A stretch of 64,000 nucleotides of DNA from Bacillota bacterium (GTDB taxonomy: Bacteria; Bacillota; Clostridia; TANB77; CAG-508): positions 10 through 64,009 of the forward strand of contig CAWVEX010000023.1 in the NCBI GenBank assembly GCA_963928415.1, written 5' to 3'. Every line of letters begins with the position of its first letter. The stretch's first letter is position 1. Both the position numbers and the translations under genes were made by a program. Below the pieces are notes generated by a model. That model searched no databases. It had not been told where the DNA came from and saw only the letters and a list, made by a program, of their open reading frames with translations. Positions 9,347 to 19,106 of the stretch are shown here, piece by piece.

Positions 9347-10603
9347 TTATACCACCTTTTCTTTTTTTATATTAGCTCCTAATTTATTAAGCTTTTCGTC
9401 TAAATTTTCATAACCTCTTAAAATGTATTCTATATTTTCTACTCTTGTAATTTCATCTGCCATTAAGCCTGCAATGACCAGAGCTGCTCCGCCTCTTAGG
9501 TCTTTACTCATTACATCTTTTCCATGCAAAACATCTACACCTGTAATTTCAAGCATTTTTCCATTTTCTTCTATATTAGCTCCCATTCTTATAAGTTCTT
9601 CTGCATACTTAAACCTATTTTCAAATATATTCTCCTCTAATATTGATTTTCCTTCTGCCTTTGTAAGAATAGCCCCCATTATTGGTTGCATATCTGTTGG
9701 AAATCCCGGATATGGTTCAGTTGCTAGTTTTATTGCTTTTAACCTTTTAGGAGCTACTAATTTTATTGTACTTCTATTTATAGATACCTTACAACCCGCT
9801 TCTTTTAAAGAATATAAAACGGTTAACAGGTTTTCTGGATTTGCTCCTTTAATAGTAATTTTTCCACCTGTTCCTGCTACTGCACAAAGTAAAGTTCCTG
9901 TTTCTATTCTATCTGAAATAATTTTATATTGAACTTTATGTAAGTTCTTAACTCCAAATATTGTTATTTCTGAAGTTCCTGCTCCATATATTTTAGCTCC
10001 CATCTGATTTAAGCATTTTGCTAAATCTTTTATCTCAGGTTCTTTTGCCGCATTAGTTATATGTGTTGCTCCTTTTGCATATACTGATGCTAAGATAATG
10101 TTTTCAGTTGCACCTACACTTGGAAATTTTAACTTTATCCTCTTTCCTATAATTTCCTTGCATTTGCAACTTATAACATCTCCTTCTTCATCGATGTCTA
10201 TTCCTAACTTTTTAAATGCATCTAGATGTAAATCAATAGGTCTTGCTCCTATATTGCAACCTCCTGGGAATGCAAATGTAGCTTCTTTAAATCTTCCTAT
10301 AATAGCACCTGCTAAAACAACTGTTGAACGTAACTTATGCATTAAATCTTTTGGAATTGTTGTTTTATTCATATTTTTACTACATATTGTTATTTTATCA
10401 TTTTTCTTATCGACTGTGCAACCTAATAACTTCAATATTTCTAATGTTATTTTTGTATCTTCTATATTAGGAATATTGTATAAAGTCACAGGTTCTGGGT
10501 TTAATATTGCTGTTGCTATTATTGGAAGTGCAGCATTTTTTGAACCTGATGCTTCTACTTTACCAGATAGCCTAGCATTTCCTTCAATTATGTAACTTAA
10601 CAT
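9347..10603 (-). CDS. murA: UDP-N-acetylglucosamine 1-carboxyvinyltransferase
   Basis: SGSKNAALPI, an active-site Cys in FPGGCNIGARPIDLH, and 418 aa. Confidence 0.95.
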   Translation of the reverse strand: MLSYIIEGNARLSGKVEASGSKNAALPIIATAILNPEPVTLYNIPNIEDTKITLEILKLLGCTVDKKNDKITICSKNMNKTTIPKDLMHKLRSTVVLAGAIIGRFKEATFAFPGGCNIGARPIDLHLDAFKKLGIDIDEEGDVISCKCKEIIGKRIKLKFPSVGATENIILASVYAKGATHITNAAKEPEIKDLAKCLNQMGAKIYGAGTSEITIFGVKNLHKVQYKIISDRIETGTLLCAVAGTGGKITIKGANPENLLTVLYSLKEAGCKVSINRSTIKLVAPKRLKAIKLATEPYPGFPTDMQPIMGAILTKAEGKSILEENIFENRFKYAEELIRMGANIEENGKMLEITGVDVLHGKDVMSKDLRGGAALVIAGLMADEITRVENIEYILRGYENLDEKLNKLGANIKKEKVV

Positions 10604-10689
10604 ACTATTATCTCCTTTCTTACTGATATATAGTATGTTTTATGTTACTTAATTGTGTATATTACTTTTAATAATTATAAACTACTTTT

Positions 10690-13600
10690 TTAAGCTGTTT
10701 CTTCTCTAAGTTTTATTGATAATAGTTTACTTATACCATTTTCCTCCATAGTTACTCCATAAACTGTATCGGCTGCTTCCATAGTACCTTTTCTGTGGGT
10801 AATTACTAAAAATTGTGTTGTATTGCTAAATTTCTTTAAGAATTCAGCAAATCTATATACATTTACATCATCTAGTGCCGCTTCTATTTCATCTAATATA
10901 CAAAATGGTGCTGGGTTTATTTTTAGTATTGCAAAAAGTAACGCAATTGCAGTTAATGCTTTTTCTCCACCAGATAAAAGCATCATATTTTGAAGTTTTT
11001 TTCCTGTTGGCTGAGCTTTTATATCTATTCCACACTCTAAGATATTATTTTCATCTTCTAATATTAGTTCTGCTTTTCCTCCACCAAATAATTCTCTAAA
11101 TACTTCATTAAAGTTTTTATTTATTAAGTTAAATTTTTCTTTAAATTGCTCTTTCATTGTTTTAGTCATTTCTTGAATAATATCTCTTAATTTTGCCATG
11201 GTATTTTCTAGGTCTAGTCTTTGCTCACACATAGTTTCATATCTTTCTTTTGTCTTTTTATATTCTTCTATGCTATCTACATTTACACTACCAAGTTCTT
11301 TTATTTGGCTATGTAATTCATTTACTCTTTTTTGAGTTTCTTGCATATTTGTAGGTTGCACATAATCTTTTGCATTATTTGGTGTTATTTCATACTCGTT
11401 CCATAATTCATTTATAGTGTCTGAAATATCCTGTTCTATTTTAGTTTTATTTATACCAATTTTGACTAATTGTTCTTTTACATCTTGTATTACAGCAAAT
11501 TGCTTTTCTATATTCTTTTCTAATTCATCTAATTTATTATTTTTACTATTTTTGGTATTTTTTAATTCTTCTATCTTTTTTGTACTTCCTGATGCTTCTT
11601 CTCTTATTTTTTCTATATTATTTTGCAATTCAGCAATATTTGACTTTATTGAAGCATTTTGTTCTTCCATTTTTTCAATTTGTTGCTTTTTATTTTCTAT
11701 TGATTGTTTTTCATTTGCTATACTTTGTTCTATCCTATCTATAATTTCATCCATTGAAGAAGAACTTTCATCAAATGATGACACTGATATTTTTAAATTT
11801 GTAATATCTGCATTTAAATCATCTATATATTTTTGATTATCTTTATTTAATAAAGCAAATTCCTCTATCTCTTTTGAAATGCTTTCTATTTGAACTGTAA
11901 TACTTTGTATTTCCTCTTGTATACTTTTCTTTTTATCTATTGCGGTTTGCTTTTTAATTTCTAATTCTTCTTTTTCACTATTTAATTTTTCTTTTCTTGA
12001 TATTATAGAATTGATATTTTCTTCTAATTGAATAACTTTTTCTTTTTCTCTAGCATATGTTATTTCTATTTCTTGTAATTTTTTTGTGTTTTCTTCTATT
12101 TCTTTAGAAGTTTCATCTAAAGTTATTTTTTCTTTTTCTTGTTTTAAGATTTCTATTTTTTCATCTAAATCTTTTATTTCTTTTTCTAGCTTTTTAATTT
12201 CTTCAGTTCTTCCTAAAATATTTGCAGTTTTCTTATTTACAAAACCACCAGTTATTGCTCCAGATGCATTTATAATATCTCCATCTAGAGTTACAATTCT
12301 GAAAGAATATTTATTTTCTTTAGCTAGTTTTATTGCTGTATCTATATTATCTGTAACAACTGTTCTACCTAATAAATTTTGAACTATTCCTTCATACTCT
12401 TTTTTATATTTTACTAAATCTGATGCTATACCTATAACTCCATTTATGCTTTTTAAGTTATCTATCTTTTTGCCATGAATAGTAGTTATAGGTAAAAATG
12501 ATGCTCTTCCTAGTTTATTTACCCTTAAATATTCCACTAATTTTTTAGCTTCATCTTCATTGTCTGTAACAATATTTTGCATACTTGAGCCTAAACACAT
12601 TTCTATTGCTGTACTATATTTTTCTTCTGTTGATAATATATTTGCAAGTACACCATGAACACCTTTTTTTAAACTTGAATTATTATCACAAGCAATCAAT
12701 AATTCTTTAACTGATTTAGTATATCCTTCTTTTTCTTTCTCTGTTTCTACTAAAAAGCTATGTTTACTATTTTCAATTCTTTTATTATCTATTAAGTTAT
12801 TGATTTTTATATCTAAGTCTTTTAATTTTGCATCTAAAAATAGTTTTTCTTCTTTATATTTTTGTACTTTTTCTTCTATTTGCTTTTTTTCATTTTCTAT
12901 TTTTATGAAATCCGAGTTAATATCATTTTTGCTCATTCTCTTTTCATCAAGTTCTGATATAACTGATGATAACTCTTTTTCTGTTTGCTTTTTTCTTGTT
13001 TCATAATTTTCAAGATTAACATCTTGCTCAGTTATTTCTTTTTCAAGACTATATTTATTTTCTTTTAAATCTTCTACTTTCTTTTTCTTTTCTTCTATTT
13101 CTAATTCTTTTGCTGATAGCTTTTGATTTAATTTATTTAACTCTTCTTCTTTTTCTTCTAATTCTTTTGCAAATTTTTCTTTATTTTCTTTTAAATTTTC
13201 TTTTTTAGAAAGCTTTCCTTGTTTTTCTTCTTCTAATTCAGATATATTTATATTACTGTTTGTTATTTCATTTTCTAATCTATTTTTATTTTCACTATTA
13301 TTAGAAATTTTTTCTTTACTTACATTTATTTCTGAATTTATTCTTTCAATCTTATTTTCACTTTCAAACCCAAGTGTTTGCAATCTTTCCATTTCTGTTG
13401 AAATTTCTTCAATTTGCGTCTTTAAGTCTTGCTTTAAGTCTTGCATTTTTTCTAATTTATCATTTTCATCTTCACTTTGGCTTTCGAAAATATCTTTATT
13501 CTTTTCTAATTCTTCTAGCTTTTGTTTATATGTATTTATTCTTAATACAAATAGACCAACTTCTATATTTTTTAATTCTTCTCTTAAACTTAAAAATTTT

Positions 13601-14238
13601 CTTGCCTTTTCTGATTGTAATTTAAGTGGTTCAATATTCGATTCAATTTCAGATAATATGTCATTTATTCTAACTAAATTTAACTTAGTCTGTTCTAACT
13701 TTTTTTCTGATTCTTCTCTTCTAGTTCTGTATTTTACTATTCCAGAAGCTTCTTCAAAAATTTTTCTTCTATCTTCTGATTTATTACTTAATATTTCATC
13801 TATTTTTCCTTGGCTTATTATTGAATAACCATCTTTTCCAATTCCTGTATCCATAAATAGTTCTAATATATCTTTAAGCCTACAAGGTACTTTATTTATG
13901 AAATATCCTGTTTCACCTGTTCTATATAATCTTCTTGTTACTGTTACTTCTGAAAATTCAACAGGTAAAGAGCCATCAGTGTTATCTATCACCATATTTA
14001 CTTCTGCAAAACCTAAAGATTTTCTATTTTGTGTTCCTGCAAAAATAATATCTTCAGATTTAGAGCCTCTAAGTGATTTCATACTTTGTTCACCTAAAAC
14101 CCATCTAATACTATCTACAATATTACTTTTGCCAGATCCATTTGGTCCTATTACTGCTGTTATTCCTTTTTTAAATTCAAATACTGTTTTATCTGCAAAT
14201 GACTTAAATCCTTGCATTTCTAGTTTTTTTAAGTGCAT
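10690..14238 (-). CDS. smc: Chromosome condensation ATPase SMC
   Basis: Walker A GPNGSGKSN, long coiled coils around a hinge, C-terminal LSGGEKALTAIALLFA and Walker B FCILDEIEAALD. Confidence 0.95.
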   Translation of the reverse strand: MHLKKLEMQGFKSFADKTVFEFKKGITAVIGPNGSGKSNIVDSIRWVLGEQSMKSLRGSKSEDIIFAGTQNRKSLGFAEVNMVIDNTDGSLPVEFSEVTVTRRLYRTGETGYFINKVPCRLKDILELFMDTGIGKDGYSIISQGKIDEILSNKSEDRRKIFEEASGIVKYRTRREESEKKLEQTKLNLVRINDILSEIESNIEPLKLQSEKARKFLSLREELKNIEVGLFVLRINTYKQKLEELEKNKDIFESQSEDENDKLEKMQDLKQDLKTQIEEISTEMERLQTLGFESENKIERINSEINVSKEKISNNSENKNRLENEITNSNINISELEEEKQGKLSKKENLKENKEKFAKELEEKEEELNKLNQKLSAKELEIEEKKKKVEDLKENKYSLEKEITEQDVNLENYETRKKQTEKELSSVISELDEKRMSKNDINSDFIKIENEKKQIEEKVQKYKEEKLFLDAKLKDLDIKINNLIDNKRIENSKHSFLVETEKEKEGYTKSVKELLIACDNNSSLKKGVHGVLANILSTEEKYSTAIEMCLGSSMQNIVTDNEDEAKKLVEYLRVNKLGRASFLPITTIHGKKIDNLKSINGVIGIASDLVKYKKEYEGIVQNLLGRTVVTDNIDTAIKLAKENKYSFRIVTLDGDIINASGAITGGFVNKKTANILGRTEEIKKLEKEIKDLDEKIEILKQEKEKITLDETSKEIEENTKKLQEIEITYAREKEKVIQLEENINSIISRKEKLNSEKEELEIKKQTAIDKKKSIQEEIQSITVQIESISKEIEEFALLNKDNQKYIDDLNADITNLKISVSSFDESSSSMDEIIDRIEQSIANEKQSIENKKQQIEKMEEQNASIKSNIAELQNNIEKIREEASGSTKKIEELKNTKNSKNNKLDELEKNIEKQFAVIQDVKEQLVKIGINKTKIEQDISDTINELWNEYEITPNNAKDYVQPTNMQETQKRVNELHSQIKELGSVNVDSIEEYKKTKERYETMCEQRLDLENTMAKLRDIIQEMTKTMKEQFKEKFNLINKNFNEVFRELFGGGKAELILEDENNILECGIDIKAQPTGKKLQNMMLLSGGEKALTAIALLFAILKINPAPFCILDEIEAALDDVNVYRFAEFLKKFSNTTQFLVITHRKGTMEAADTVYGVTMEENGISKLLSIKLREETA

Positions 14239-14262
14239 AATTTTTGCCTTTCGTTTTTTATT

Positions 14263-14928
14263 TTAATCTATATATTTTTTTATATATTTTAATGAACTTT
14301 CTAATTCAAATAGCTCATTATTATCTATTGTTTTATAATAATCTTTAATACTTAAATTATCGCTTATTTTCTTTATTGAAATTAGTGGTATATTATATAA
14401 ATCTGCAAGTAAAGATACTGAATGAAGTTCCATATCAAAAACAACATTTTCTTTTATATCTGTACTATTTACAAATGATTCAGCAGAATAACATGGCAAT
14501 TTTTCAAGTTCCTCTATAGTAATTAAATCTTGACCCCCTAAATCATCCATACTGTATTTTTGTTCTCCTTGAATGTCCCATTCTAAATTATATGATTTAT
14601 TTATTGATACATAGTTTCCAATTTTGCAATTTACTGAACCTGCATATCCAAGGTTTATAATTAAATCTGGTTTATCATTTTGGCATAAATATTTAGTAAG
14701 ACCAATTGCTGTTTTTTGTTTTCCTATTCCAGTAATTAATATAGTTATTTTTGTTTCGTTTTCGTTTTCAATTTTCTTATCTGATTTTAATATTATATAA
14801 TTGTCATTTTCCTTAATATTTTTTATTTGTAAATCAACATCACTTTTTTTATCATTAATTAAATTTAATGTTTTTGCTATTTGTATTCCTTCTTTTTTCA
14901 TTGCACAATGTATTAAAATATTTTTCAT
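14263..14928 (-). CDS. Divergent MTA/SAH-nucleosidase-like protein (PNP_UDP_1 fold)
   Basis: ITGIGKQKTAIG, DLIINLGYAGS and FDMELHSV...ISD follow the MtnN/Pfs motif order, with an N-terminal insertion. Confidence 0.5.
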   Translation of the reverse strand: MKNILIHCAMKKEGIQIAKTLNLINDKKSDVDLQIKNIKENDNYIILKSDKKIENENETKITILITGIGKQKTAIGLTKYLCQNDKPDLIINLGYAGSVNCKIGNYVSINKSYNLEWDIQGEQKYSMDDLGGQDLITIEELEKLPCYSAESFVNSTDIKENVVFDMELHSVSLLADLYNIPLISIKKISDNLSIKDYYKTIDNNELFELESSLKYIKKYID

Positions 14929-15221
14929 ATCTATCCCTACTTTTAGTTTTATATTTTTAATCTTTTATTTTGCATTTTTATATTGGATTTTTTATTTTAC
15001 ATTTAATATATTAATTTTATATTTTTTATTTTTTATTTCATATTTGATTAAACATATTTTAAGCCATTTCTTGGCTTTTATATCATATTATCACAAAAAG
15101 TTTCTTTTGTCATCAAAATTTAATATTGTTTTTTATAATTTTTATTGTTTTTTTAATATGGTTTATGTATAATAATTTTAAATTACTAATTTTTTATAAA
15201 TTTTTTTGAAAGGTATAAACA

Positions 15222-16160
15222 ATGTTAGAAGAAAAATATGATTTTTATAGTCCATCTAATTTAAAAGTTCATGAGCTAGACACAGCTATAAAGGATCACT
15301 TAGTTGTTATGGATAGTCTAGATTTTTTTACAAAAAGACATAGTGAAAATGTAGCTAATTTAGTCGGAAGAATATGTGAATATATGCATTGCAATAGTCA
15401 ATTTACAATACATTGTGTAATAGCTGGTTATTTACATGATATAGGTAAACTTTTCATTCCTAAGGAAATAGTAAATAAACCAGGAAAATTAACTGATGAA
15501 GAATATGAAATAATGAAAAGCCATACTACTCTAGGTTATAAGTATTGTATGGATGATTTAGCCTTAAGACCATATTCTGATGGTCCTTGGTACCACCACG
15601 AATCTCTTAATGGGACTGGTTATCCAAGAGGATTGCGTAAACCAGACATTCCTTATTCAGCTCAAATTATTCGTGTTGCTGATGAATATGATGCTATTGT
15701 AACTAAAAGGCAGTACACAACCCACATAAATATTTCTCAAACATTAAGAGAACTTATACAAGATGCTCAGCCTAGTCAAGATGTTATTGCTCTAGATCAA
15801 TTAAAGCAAAATGAAAGGCTTGGAAAAATAAATCCAAAACCTTTAAAAGCATTATTCAAAGTTGTAATTGATGATACTTTATATGAAATTAGTTGTGTTA
15901 TGAATTATGTTAATTATATTAAAGATCAAATTAAGAGATTAAAAACAGTGCAAAAATATGAAAGCAAAATGAATAACACCAAAAAGCCACAAACTAAAGA
16001 CTATTATAAAGCTGGTATGCAACTTCTTTTTCAGCCAGGTGAAAATCAAGAAAATTATACTCAAGTTCTTGCTGAATATGAAAATGCTTTAATAATTAGA
16101 AAAGATAGAATAGACAAGTTATATGATGAAATTAAAATAATAAAAAAATTAAAAGTTTAA
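15222..16160 (+). CDS. HD-GYP domain phosphohydrolase (putative c-di-GMP phosphodiesterase)
   Basis: AGYLHDIGK and HHESLNGTGYPRGL motifs. The C-terminal 120 aa or so are unassigned. Confidence 0.8.
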   Translation: MLEEKYDFYSPSNLKVHELDTAIKDHLVVMDSLDFFTKRHSENVANLVGRICEYMHCNSQFTIHCVIAGYLHDIGKLFIPKEIVNKPGKLTDEEYEIMKSHTTLGYKYCMDDLALRPYSDGPWYHHESLNGTGYPRGLRKPDIPYSAQIIRVADEYDAIVTKRQYTTHINISQTLRELIQDAQPSQDVIALDQLKQNERLGKINPKPLKALFKVVIDDTLYEISCVMNYVNYIKDQIKRLKTVQKYESKMNNTKKPQTKDYYKAGMQLLFQPGENQENYTQVLAEYENALIIRKDRIDKLYDEIKIIKKLKV

Positions 16161-16166
16161 TTGTCA

Positions 16167-16201
16167 AAAGAAAGCTCCAAAGATATTTTAGAGCTTTCTT
16201 T
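16167..16201. terminator. Bidirectional terminator between the HD-GYP and surface-protein genes
   Basis: aaagaaagctc / gagctttcttt 11-bp stem with flanking A/T runs. Confidence 0.7.
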
Positions 16202-16311
16202 TTATTTATTTTTATATGTTTTTATTTTTAATTGTTTTTTATATTTTTATATTTTTAATTTTTAATTTTAATTATTTTTTCTTTTTTATTTTAATCACTT
16301 AGTAATATTAC

Positions 16312-18468
16312 TTATTCTTTAGCATCATTTTTATTATTCTTCTTTTTTATTATTATAGCAATAATTATGGCAAATGCTGTAAGTATTATAATAAATGGTA
16401 TTGCATTAAATACAAATGCTCCGGTTCTTGGCATAATTACTAATTCATTCATATCTTCATTATCTTCAAGAGTAGTTTCAGTTAATTTTTCAGAATCAAT
16501 TTTTACATATGCCTTTATATCTCCAGCAATATCTACATCATTATTTTTTTGTAATATAACTTCATATTCTCTTGTTTGCCCTATATCTAAATCTTCTACT
16601 TTATATTTAGCTATATTATCTATTTTTTTCCAATCTGCATTTTGAATAGAAAATCCATCTGGTATAGTAAATGTAATATATCCGCTTCCCATTCTTTCTT
16701 GATTATTTGTTACTTTTATTATGTAATGTATTTGTAAAGAAGAATTTTTATTTGCATCTCTAATTTCAGTTTCTATTTTTCCTATTTTACCATTTAAACC
16801 ATAATAGTTACCTTTAATATATGCTTTGCTTAAATTCATTTCTATTTGTAAATTAAACTTTAATTTTTGATAATAGTAATTTAATGTAATATCTTCTTTT
16901 TTTATTGTAACAGTTTCATTTTCAGGTTTTTCTACTAATTTATAGTCTTCATATTTTCTTTCTTCTGAAGTAAATGAATCTCCTTCATGAAGCACTTCCT
17001 TTACATTATCTATAATTTTACCTGTATCTTTATCTATATAATTTACATTTACATTTGATTTATGTATATAATAGTAAATTACATTTATTTTATCTCCTTT
17101 CATTATTCCTGAAGTGCTACCTTCTACTTTTGTAAAATCATAGTTTTCTATATTTTTTTGTTCTGAAGTATATTTATCTCCTGATTTTCCATTTAATATA
17201 ACTCTATCAGATATTTCTTCTTTTGTTACTTCATCTACGTATTTAACTGTTACATTTGTATTTTTTGCATAATAATAATTTACAGTTTGCAAATCTTCTG
17301 TTAATGTAAAGCTTTCATTTTCTGGCTTTTTTACTAAAGTATATCCTTCAATATTTTTTGCTTCAGTATTTACTATTTCTCCTACAGGTCCACTTTGACT
17401 ATTAGTATCTAATGTTTTATTTGTATCTATATCTATATAATTTGCTTGAACTCCACCACTTTGTAAATTAAATGTTACAAATAAATTTGAGTCTCCTCCT
17501 GCTCTTTCCATATAGAAAAGTGTTAAAGTATGTTTACCTTGTGATAACATTCCATCCTGGAATGCTGTTTTATGTACGTCTTTTTCATTTTGATTAGTTT
17601 CTGGGTTATATATGCTTTCATAATATACTTCATTTTTTGCAAAATTAATATTTCCTTTTAATTTAATATGACATCCACCCAAATCTAACACTAATTTGTC
17701 ATCAACATAAACCCATACATCATCATCACCTGAGAAATTAAATATCATATCTTCTAATTCATTTGTTTCTGTATTCCTTACTTTTCCATCACTTGTCATT
17801 ATAAATGGTATTTCTATTTTTGCTGTAAAGCCTAAATCTCTGTTTCTACCAATTGTTGTATCATCATAACATTCATTAAATGGATAAAATCCGCTCCTTT
17901 TACCTTTATGTAATTTGAATGTTTTTGTATTATAGTCTTTTTGTACATGGTATTCATCACTATCAAAACTATAATATCCATTTTCTTGTTTTAAGAAAGG
18001 AAATTTCCAATTACTTAATACTTGGTTATAAATATATGTATTATTATTTGTTGATGGAAAAAAGCTTGTTCCATTTGTATATTTATCTACTATAGATAAA
18101 GTTCCATTTACTAATTTGTCTTTTGCTAATCCTTGTAATACACCTTGTGAATCTCCATATTGATTTAATCCTACAAATCCATTTTGAATTCCACCTATGC
18201 ACATTCCTTCTGTTGATGCCATAAGCATTGATTTTTCATCTAATTCATATCTTTGGTCCATTGGTAATTGATAATATTCATTCCAATGCATTCCTCTTTG
18301 TTCTGCATTATATTCTTCTCTATTAATCTTTGTAAAAGTTGCATTAACATATTTTACTTTATCTTCTGATATATTTTGGCAAATAGTTGCAGCCATAGTT
18401 TTGCTGTACATTGCACATATAGCCATAAACAAAAATGCAATGGTCAATATTTTCATTTTTTTCTTCAT
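16312..18468 (-). CDS. Cell-wall-anchored surface protein: signal peptide, fibro-slime/PA14-like domain, three MucBP-like repeats, C-terminal sorting signal
   Basis: FSGDDDVWVYVDDKLVLDLGGCH (fibro-slime motif). Three repeats of about 67 aa each end in NYYY/IYYY. The C terminus is MPRTG, a hydrophobic stretch, then KKKNNK. Confidence 0.75.
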   Translation of the reverse strand: MKKKMKILTIAFLFMAICAMYSKTMAATICQNISEDKVKYVNATFTKINREEYNAEQRGMHWNEYYQLPMDQRYELDEKSMLMASTEGMCIGGIQNGFVGLNQYGDSQGVLQGLAKDKLVNGTLSIVDKYTNGTSFFPSTNNNTYIYNQVLSNWKFPFLKQENGYYSFDSDEYHVQKDYNTKTFKLHKGKRSGFYPFNECYDDTTIGRNRDLGFTAKIEIPFIMTSDGKVRNTETNELEDMIFNFSGDDDVWVYVDDKLVLDLGGCHIKLKGNINFAKNEVYYESIYNPETNQNEKDVHKTAFQDGMLSQGKHTLTLFYMERAGGDSNLFVTFNLQSGGVQANYIDIDTNKTLDTNSQSGPVGEIVNTEAKNIEGYTLVKKPENESFTLTEDLQTVNYYYAKNTNVTVKYVDEVTKEEISDRVILNGKSGDKYTSEQKNIENYDFTKVEGSTSGIMKGDKINVIYYYIHKSNVNVNYIDKDTGKIIDNVKEVLHEGDSFTSEERKYEDYKLVEKPENETVTIKKEDITLNYYYQKLKFNLQIEMNLSKAYIKGNYYGLNGKIGKIETEIRDANKNSSLQIHYIIKVTNNQERMGSGYITFTIPDGFSIQNADWKKIDNIAKYKVEDLDIGQTREYEVILQKNNDVDIAGDIKAYVKIDSEKLTETTLEDNEDMNELVIMPRTGAFVFNAIPFIIILTAFAIIIAIIIKKKNNKNDAKE

Positions 18469-18593
18469 ATAACTCCTTTGCTACAAACGAAAACCATCCC
18501 TAGAGTTCGTTTATTAAATTTATTGGGATACTTGGAATAATTTAAGACTTAAATTATATTGATAAAAATTAAATTAGAAATTTAATTGTTTTC

Positions 18594-18622
18594 ATTATAC
18601 ACCACATTATGGTAATTGTAAA
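18594..18622 (-). promoter_or_regulatory. Sigma-A-type promoter of the surface-protein gene: TTTACA, 17 nt, TATAAT
   Basis: Plus-strand tgtaaa at 18617-18622 and attata at 18594-18599. It gives a 5' UTR of about 120 nt containing a hairpin at about 18488-18518. Confidence 0.5.
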
Positions 18623-18626
18623 GAAA

Positions 18627-18657
18627 AATCGTTCGCCATAAATCGACATAATTTGAC
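18627..18657. promoter_or_regulatory. 31-nt motif of three 10-bp-phased TGTCRAA-like repeats, copy A
   Basis: aatcgttcgccataaatcgacataatttgac. On the minus strand this reads TGTCAAA-tta-TGTCGAT-tta-TGGCGAA. By hand alignment 24 of 31 positions match 32127-32157. Confidence 0.45.
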
Positions 18658-18712
18658 AAAGTAAAAAGATAGCTAAAAAATTCTTTTTGAATTTTAAAAC
18701 TATCTTCTTTTC

Positions 18713-19066
18713 TTATATTTTTTCTAAACCTATGCTTACTTCAAGTGCATTATTAATTTGATGCATTAAATTTTCATCATCAATATGCCCTATTTTTTCT
18801 TTTAGTCTACTTTTATCTATTGTTCTTACTTGTTCTGCTAAAACTACTGAATTAGTTTTTAATCCACCATTTTGTGAACCTATTTCTATATGAGTTGGTA
18901 GCTTAGTTTTTCCCATTTGTGATGTAATTGCTGCTGCTATAACAGTTGGACTATGTTTATTTCCTAAGTCGTTTTGTATTATTATAACTGGTCTAATACC
19001 TCCTTGCTCTGAGCCTACAACTGGACTTAAATCTGCATAAAACATATCTCCTCTTTTTATATTCAT
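18713..19066 (-). CDS. mazF: MazF/PemK-family endoribonuclease toxin (EndoA/NdoA orthologue)
   Basis: Collinear with remembered B. subtilis EndoA: KRGD..YADLSPVVGSEQGG.RPV..IQND.GN..SPT.I.AAIT.Q..K.KLPTH.EI. 117 aa and intact. Confidence 0.9.
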   Translation of the reverse strand: MNIKRGDMFYADLSPVVGSEQGGIRPVIIIQNDLGNKHSPTVIAAAITSQMGKTKLPTHIEIGSQNGGLKTNSVVLAEQVRTIDKSRLKEKIGHIDDENLMHQINNALEVSIGLEKI

Positions 19067-19106
19067 ATTTACTCTCCCAATAATAAAATTGAGATGAAAT
19101 ATATTT

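Noticed and set aside
9423-10595. Long antisense ORFs inside real genes: 9423-9932 and 10098-10595 in murA, 4121-4495 in ftsZ, 36567-37079 in clpC, 43340-43741 opposite rpsT, 62062-62412 in pbp, 55749-56375 in mraY, and many shorter F/L/I/S-rich ones.
   Set aside because: Each is the shadow frame of a confidently identified gene on the other strand. They have low-complexity composition and no family motifs or SD sequences.
14929-15221. Highly periodic A/T tracts (ttttat and tttta repeats) between the nucleosidase-like and HD-GYP genes, considered as a structured repeat or replication-related element.
   Set aside because: I could not extract a discrete repeat unit, DnaA-box-like motif or inverted repeat. 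It looks like ordinary curved, AT-rich divergent promoter DNA.
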